Shown here in pieces: positions 43,455 to 47,623 of a stretch of DNA of 47,623 nt; the first letter of the stretch is position 1, and each line of letters opens with the position of its first letter. The position numbers and the translations under genes were made by a program. Source of the stretch: Escherichia phage TanjaMuster_Bas81; sequence record PQ850630.1. One strand, given 5' to 3'. A model generated the notes under the pieces. The model made no database searches, had not been told where the DNA came from, and saw only the letters and a list, made by a program, of their open reading frames with translations.

Positions 43455-43729
43455 ACGCGCAAGAATTTACCCTGGATAACACCCTGTTTCACCGTTAACA
43501 CAGCACCCACCCTGTCAGCCTCAATTTTTAGCGCCTTCTGAAGTGACGCCATTGTCATCTGAAAACCTCGCTCTATGTCGTATGCGTAGCACCCATCTCT
43601 GCCCCCAATCAAAATTGAAGTTGAATACCCGTTCTCAAAGTAAAACTGACACCCATCAGGAGCGGTAAGATTATTTATCACGTCGTGAGCAAGCGATGTC
43701 GTAACAGGGAATATCGGCGCGCAACTCAT
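43439..43729 (-). CDS. hypothetical protein
   Basis: track ORF trimmed to ATG 43729 with GGTGAGG RBS. Confidence 0.45.
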   Translation of the reverse strand: MSCAPIFPVTTSLAHDVINNLTAPDGCQFYFENGYSTSILIGGRDGCYAYDIERGFQMTMASLQKALKIEADRVGAVLTVKQGVIQGKFLRVWRVY

Positions 43730-43736
43730 ACTCACC

Positions 43737-43967
43737 TCACCCAACTCGCTTAATGTGCAAAACTTCATCGAAATATGAGCACGTTCTGAATTTCATCCCA
43801 AAATCCTCACCAACCCTTCCGAGACACGCGCGAAATCTTTCAACAGACATCACTTTATCTGCAATATCCTCATAAGAAATCGAATTAACCTGACCAACAT
43901 CCATATGTTTTGCAACGCGATACACGAATTCCATCTTTGAACCATCACGGTACATTTTGTTTCTCAT
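43737..43967 (-). CDS. hypothetical protein
   Basis: track ORF trimmed to ATG 43967 with GGAGGTG RBS; first gene of leftward operon. Confidence 0.45.
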   Translation of the reverse strand: MRNKMYRDGSKMEFVYRVAKHMDVGQVNSISYEDIADKVMSVERFRACLGRVGEDFGMKFRTCSYFDEVLHIKRVG

Positions 43968-44132
43968 AGACACCTCCATCCGCATTCCAACAGGAACTAT
44001 AGATAAAAAATAAAATTAGCGCAACACAAAACAGGTCTAACCAGCAATAATAGCTACCACACTTAACAACTGGTCAGACCACCATCTCGTATCTGATATA
44101 TGTGGATGGTGCACGTCGTTCAATTTGTGCTC

Positions 44133-44487
44133 GATTTTTACCTAATTTACCGTATATTTATTAGTCAGTTTTTTGCATAACCAATTGATTTATATGATTT
44201 TACCTGTTTTACCGGAAATCTAATGAGTATTTTCATCATTGAGAGTAGTAGTATATTAATTGGTCTAATTTTTAAAGAACTCTAATAAAATCAATATATT
44301 AATATAAGAAAGTAACTTACTTACTTATATAGGATTTACCGGGTAAAACCGGTAACTCCTCCGCAGTCCGCGTCATTACTGGATTGATTTTTACCACCTG
44401 TAGGTAAATACAGTAGTTTTTAAGTCAGGATTGTTTTGTAAGATGTTGATTACCGGTACTTTATTTGAAAAACCGGGATTTACCGGG
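44133..44487. repeat. AT-rich region with six iteron-like repeats GAT(T)nTACC / TTTACCGG (candidate origin or operator cluster)
   Basis: copies at 44133-44142, 44196-44204, 44333-44340, 44386-44395, 44448-44454, 44477-44484; spacing roughly multiples of 10 bp. Confidence 0.5.
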
Positions 44488-44623
44488 TTTTTGTGGTGTG
44501 ATTAATAATCGCGCAATTAGCCATGTTTCACCAGAACTCACTGATGCGACACCTGAAAATCGCATTGACGTAGAATTACAACTGATGTAGATTGAACTCA
44601 TCAAAACAAACGAGGGTGAAGAG

Positions 44624-44770
44624 ATGAAAATCAAATACCGTGAAGAATTTGAAGATGCACAGGTTATGGCACGTATCGCAGTTGAGCGCACAGACAACAT
44701 CATTCCTGCCGAAGCATTCTGGAACGCAGCAATGCAGGCTTTAATCTCTGCGTATGGGTTAAGTAAATGA
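44624..44770 (+). CDS. hypothetical protein (48 aa)
   Basis: manual translation MKIKYREEFEDAQVMARIAVERTDNIIPAEAFWNAAMQALISAYGLSK; GAGGGTGA RBS; first gene of rightward operon. Confidence 0.4.
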   Translation: MKIKYREEFEDAQVMARIAVERTDNIIPAEAFWNAAMQALISAYGLSK

Positions 44771-44947
44771 CAGGCGCAAAACTCGAGCTTATCGCCAGTC
44801 TGGTTATCTTGGCATTCATCATTATCGCAGTGGCAGTTTCAAAATCAGGGTATGAGAGGTGAAATGAGCAATTGGCATAACGAACATATCATGCAGTGGT
44901 ATCGCCGTAGCATCAAGGCAATCATTAACTCTTATGAGGTTTAACAA

Positions 44948-45130
44948 ATGGCAAAGACTATCTATCGCCGCGAGAAACTGGAACCAGAACTCGGTCACGT
45001 TGGCGCGCAAAACTTTATGAGCAAGCAGGCACGTAATGCGATGGAATCTATCCGCGTGAATCGCGTTGTGCGCGTGTTTAATGGTGAAGGTAAGCGTAGG
45101 GTAATGGATGAGCTGATTATCGTATTCTGA
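44948..45130 (+). CDS. hypothetical protein
   Basis: 60-aa track ORF, GAGGT RBS. Confidence 0.45.
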   Translation: MAKTIYRREKLEPELGHVGAQNFMSKQARNAMESIRVNRVVRVFNGEGKRRVMDELIIVF

Positions 45131-45166
45131 ACTCGATTCAGCGATCTTATTTCTAATGGTGATGAT

Positions 45167-45400
45167 ATGGCAAAAGTAAAAACATACGAGTTCTGGTTTG
45201 TTCAGAACAAAATGTATGCAAGCAGGACAATCAGGCGAGTCAGCTGGTGGAATAAGTGGTTAATCATGTCTGGCTGCATTGTGCTGGCAAAGTGCAAATT
45301 CAAAGCGATTGACATCACAGATGAGGATGCGCTCAAAATCGCAAAGATTGAGTTTGAAGAAGATGGCTATTACGAAGAAATTATGGGGGTTAGGGTATGA
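45167..45400 (+). CDS. hypothetical protein
   Basis: 77-aa track ORF, GGTGA RBS. Confidence 0.5.
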   Translation: MAKVKTYEFWFVQNKMYASRTIRRVSWWNKWLIMSGCIVLAKCKFKAIDITDEDALKIAKIEFEEDGYYEEIMGVRV

Positions 45401-45894
45401 GTGAAGTTAAGCGAATTGATATCGACCACAAAGGACTTCCATTCACTGATAATAATGGGGTTTACGTTTTCTACGAAGACTATGCAGCACTAGAAGCTAA
45501 ATGCGCTGCGCTGGTGGTGGAGAATGCGGTGCTGAATAAATTTATCGTACAGAGTTGCTACGTGTTTGACGGCGAGCAGGGTGAACTATCTGATGCGTAT
45601 ATCTGCGCAATAGATGGAAGGATGCCGCAAACCACAGCCACCGACGCTTTCTTGGCTGAAGTGAAGACTGAAGCACGCAAGGAGGGAGCTTACTTTGTGG
45701 CGAACAGAATGCTGGCTGCCTGGGAAGCTGGTTTTATTGATGATACTGCAAAGAACGCCGCGGATATTGCCAGGATGATTCTTACCTCTACTGAGTTTAT
45801 GGCTAATGCGCCGGAAGGCGATTTTGACCGCTCATTCTCTGATGGCGTTCTCGAAGATATCGCCGCCCAGCTTCGCAAAGGAGGCAACCAGTGA
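45397..45894 (+). CDS. hypothetical protein
   Basis: 165-aa track ORF. Confidence 0.55.
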   Translation: MSEVKRIDIDHKGLPFTDNNGVYVFYEDYAALEAKCAALVVENAVLNKFIVQSCYVFDGEQGELSDAYICAIDGRMPQTTATDAFLAEVKTEARKEGAYFVANRMLAAWEAGFIDDTAKNAADIARMILTSTEFMANAPEGDFDRSFSDGVLEDIAAQLRKGGNQ

Positions 45895-46499
45895 GCGAGA
45901 TTAATTACCAGGCTCTGCGTGAAGCGGCGGAGAAGGCGACGAAAGGCCGGTGGGCTGTTGAGTTCGACGATGAGATTTACTCCACTGACGGCGTGAACCA
46001 TGAGCAAATAGCCATGGTATTCAGTGAAAACGAAGCGCGTGATGCTGCATTTATCGCCGCAGCCAACCCCGCCACCGTGCTGGCGCTGCTGGATGAGCTG
46101 GAGAAGACGCAGGCGCAATCGTCAAAGTGGTGCGAAGCCTTCCATAAAGCCGTATCGGTTGGTGCTCGCTATGAAGAGCGCATAGCAGAACTGGAGGGGG
46201 ACGCATTCAATCCCGCAATTATTGATGTGGTAGCAGAACGCCAGCGGCAACAGTCGGTTGAAGGATGGACTCCTGAACATGACAACGCATATCAAAATAG
46301 CGAATTAGCAGATGCAGCGGCTTGTTACGCAATTCATGCGCACAACCAAGGTTTCTCCACTCCAGCACATTGGCCGTGGTCTCCTGACTGGTGGAAGCAA
46401 TCAGGAGCACGCCGCGACTTAGTAAAAGCTGGCGCTCTTATTCTGGCAGAAATTGAACGTATTGACCGCGCCGCTGGCATTGGCGTGAAGGGGGAGTGA
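45891..46499 (+). CDS. Ead/Ea22-like protein
   Basis: N-terminal INYQALREAAEKAT.G.W and AAANPATVLALLDELE segments resemble lambdoid Ea22 family as recalled. Confidence 0.5.
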   Translation: MSEINYQALREAAEKATKGRWAVEFDDEIYSTDGVNHEQIAMVFSENEARDAAFIAAANPATVLALLDELEKTQAQSSKWCEAFHKAVSVGARYEERIAELEGDAFNPAIIDVVAERQRQQSVEGWTPEHDNAYQNSELADAAACYAIHAHNQGFSTPAHWPWSPDWWKQSGARRDLVKAGALILAEIERIDRAAGIGVKGE

Positions 46500-46500
46500 T

Positions 46501-47163
46501 ATGAGCACTATCACCAAAGAATTCACCAAAGAGCAGTTACAGCAAATTATCGAAACTGACCACGTTCAATGTGGTGAGGCTTCTGCACTGGCGCGTATCG
46601 CGCTGGCATCACTCGAAGCGGAGCCTGTAGCGTGGGCGCACAGATTAATCAACAAGCGTAACGGAGTCGTTCACCCTTGGGTTTACGGTAGCGCAGAGGC
46701 GTGTCCAAGCGAGGTGGATATCTTCAATATTGAGGTAATGCCGCTCTACACCGCCCAGCCAGCGCCGGTATCTGTGCCCGTAGCTCTGAATCGACTGCGC
46801 TCCATAGTGGCTGACCCAAGAGCTTTACCTCGGCGCAAGGAGTGGATTAGTGGGCAGCAATACAGCTATGTGCTTCTTGAAAACGTAGAGGCGATGGTAG
46901 ATGACGCCTGCCGCACCGCCATGCTTCATGGCTCAGAACCGGAAACTGATAACACAAACCAGCAATTCGAAAGCCTGGATAAAAGTGAATATCTACCCGT
47001 TCATATTAATTATCAGTGCGCTCTATGTGGCGCACGCTTTAGTGGGGATGTATTGATGACCAGACACCAACGACGCCGCTATACCACTGGCGCTAAAATC
47101 TTCCTTGCTGTTTATATGTTAGCACTGGTGGCAGCCATTGCAGGAGTTGTGCATTATGTTTAA
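46501..47163 (+). CDS. hypothetical protein with C-terminal TM segment
   Basis: 220-aa track ORF; hydrophobic IFLAVYMLALVAAIAGVV at C-terminus. Confidence 0.55.
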   Translation: MSTITKEFTKEQLQQIIETDHVQCGEASALARIALASLEAEPVAWAHRLINKRNGVVHPWVYGSAEACPSEVDIFNIEVMPLYTAQPAPVSVPVALNRLRSIVADPRALPRRKEWISGQQYSYVLLENVEAMVDDACRTAMLHGSEPETDNTNQQFESLDKSEYLPVHINYQCALCGARFSGDVLMTRHQRRRYTTGAKIFLAVYMLALVAAIAGVVHYV

Positions 47164-47335
47164 CGATATCAACGAAGCCATTCTTCATGCCATAAAGAAG
47201 CACGCAATGTATGGCAAGCGATACCATTTCGCTCTTATCCAGAGATTAAACAAAATTGAGGTGAGCACTCATCCAGAAGATGACAGACGACAGGTGATGT
47301 GGTCAACGAGGTCTATGAAGCATGCAAACAACTAA
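47156..47335 (+). CDS. hypothetical protein
   Basis: track ORF trimmed to ATG 47156 (track start 47138 is TTG). Confidence 0.4.
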   Translation: MFNDINEAILHAIKKHAMYGKRYHFALIQRLNKIEVSTHPEDDRRQVMWSTRSMKHANN

Positions 47336-47495
47336 ACAGAAAGTCTGGCAACTCGCCAAACAACACGAGCTGGATGATTTTATCGCAAAGGTGGCAAAGA
47401 CATTCCCTGACGCACTTGAAATCGTTCATGTGCAGACGCGAACAGAAAATGCATGGTGCTATGCTGGCAAGCGTGATAATGATGGTATACAATAA
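47322..47495 (+). CDS. hypothetical protein (57 aa)
   Basis: manual translation MQTTKQKVWQLAKQHELDDFIAKVAKTFPDALEIVHVQTRTENAWCYAGKRDNDGIQ; preferred over antisense track ORF 47313..47519 on composition. Confidence 0.35.
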   Translation: MQTTKQKVWQLAKQHELDDFIAKVAKTFPDALEIVHVQTRTENAWCYAGKRDNDGIQ

Positions 47496-47538
47496 GCACA
47501 TAACCACCATTGCTTTCACTCATATCATCACCCAACCT

Positions 47539-47567
47539 TTAACCCGCCTTGTGCGGGTTCTTTTTTA
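47539..47567 (+). terminator. intrinsic terminator
   Basis: aacccgc/gcgggtt stem then T6. Confidence 0.7.
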
Positions 47568-47577
47568 TCTACGTCTA

Positions 47578-47588
47578 TGTGTTAAAAT
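47578..47588 (+). promoter_or_regulatory. extended -10 promoter (TGtTAAAAT) reading toward window end
   Basis: tgtgttaaaat 47578-47588, same class as promoters at 14265 and 23873; degenerate AATCTAC motif at 47566-47576. Confidence 0.4.
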
Positions 47589-47623
47589 TAACGTATGTGA
47601 GTTACTCAAAGAACACAAAAGAC

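Overview
The window reads as a near-complete genome (about 47.6 kb) of a virulent tailed dsDNA phage of enterobacteria, starting at the terminase genes and ending in a promoter that points back at them. Morphogenesis genes are lambda-like (portal, head morphogenesis protein, protease/scaffold, decoration-like, major capsid, neck, major tail with Ig-like C-terminus, chaperone, tape measure, M/L/K/I-J-like tail tip, a separate beta-helix tailspike). They are interrupted by a lysis cassette (endolysin, holin, Rz with embedded Rz1), an early-type cluster of small genes including a Lar-family anti-restriction protein, and several opposite-strand accessory cassettes. A minus-strand replication/recombination module (SSB, RecA-like ATPase, PD-(D/E)XK exonuclease, VRR-NUC, SF2 helicase, primase, P-loop protein) is followed by an AT-rich iteron-like region. 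Two tRNA genes (Arg-UCU, Ser-GCU) lie antisense to the tail operon, next to about 0.94 kb of apparently non-coding, repeat-rich DNA. No integrase, repressor or CRISPR array was seen. The most unusual candidates are a cassette encoding a half-length beta-clamp (DnaN) homolog with a ParB-like protein, the non-coding block beside the tRNAs, a recurrent 11-bp intergenic motif (at least 15 copies), an HNH homing endonuclease pseudogene with an in-frame stop, and a terminator-flanked small hydrophobic ORF. All functional calls rest on motifs recognised by eye and on gene order; no database search was run, and coordinates of ORFs shorter than 60 aa were derived by manual translation.
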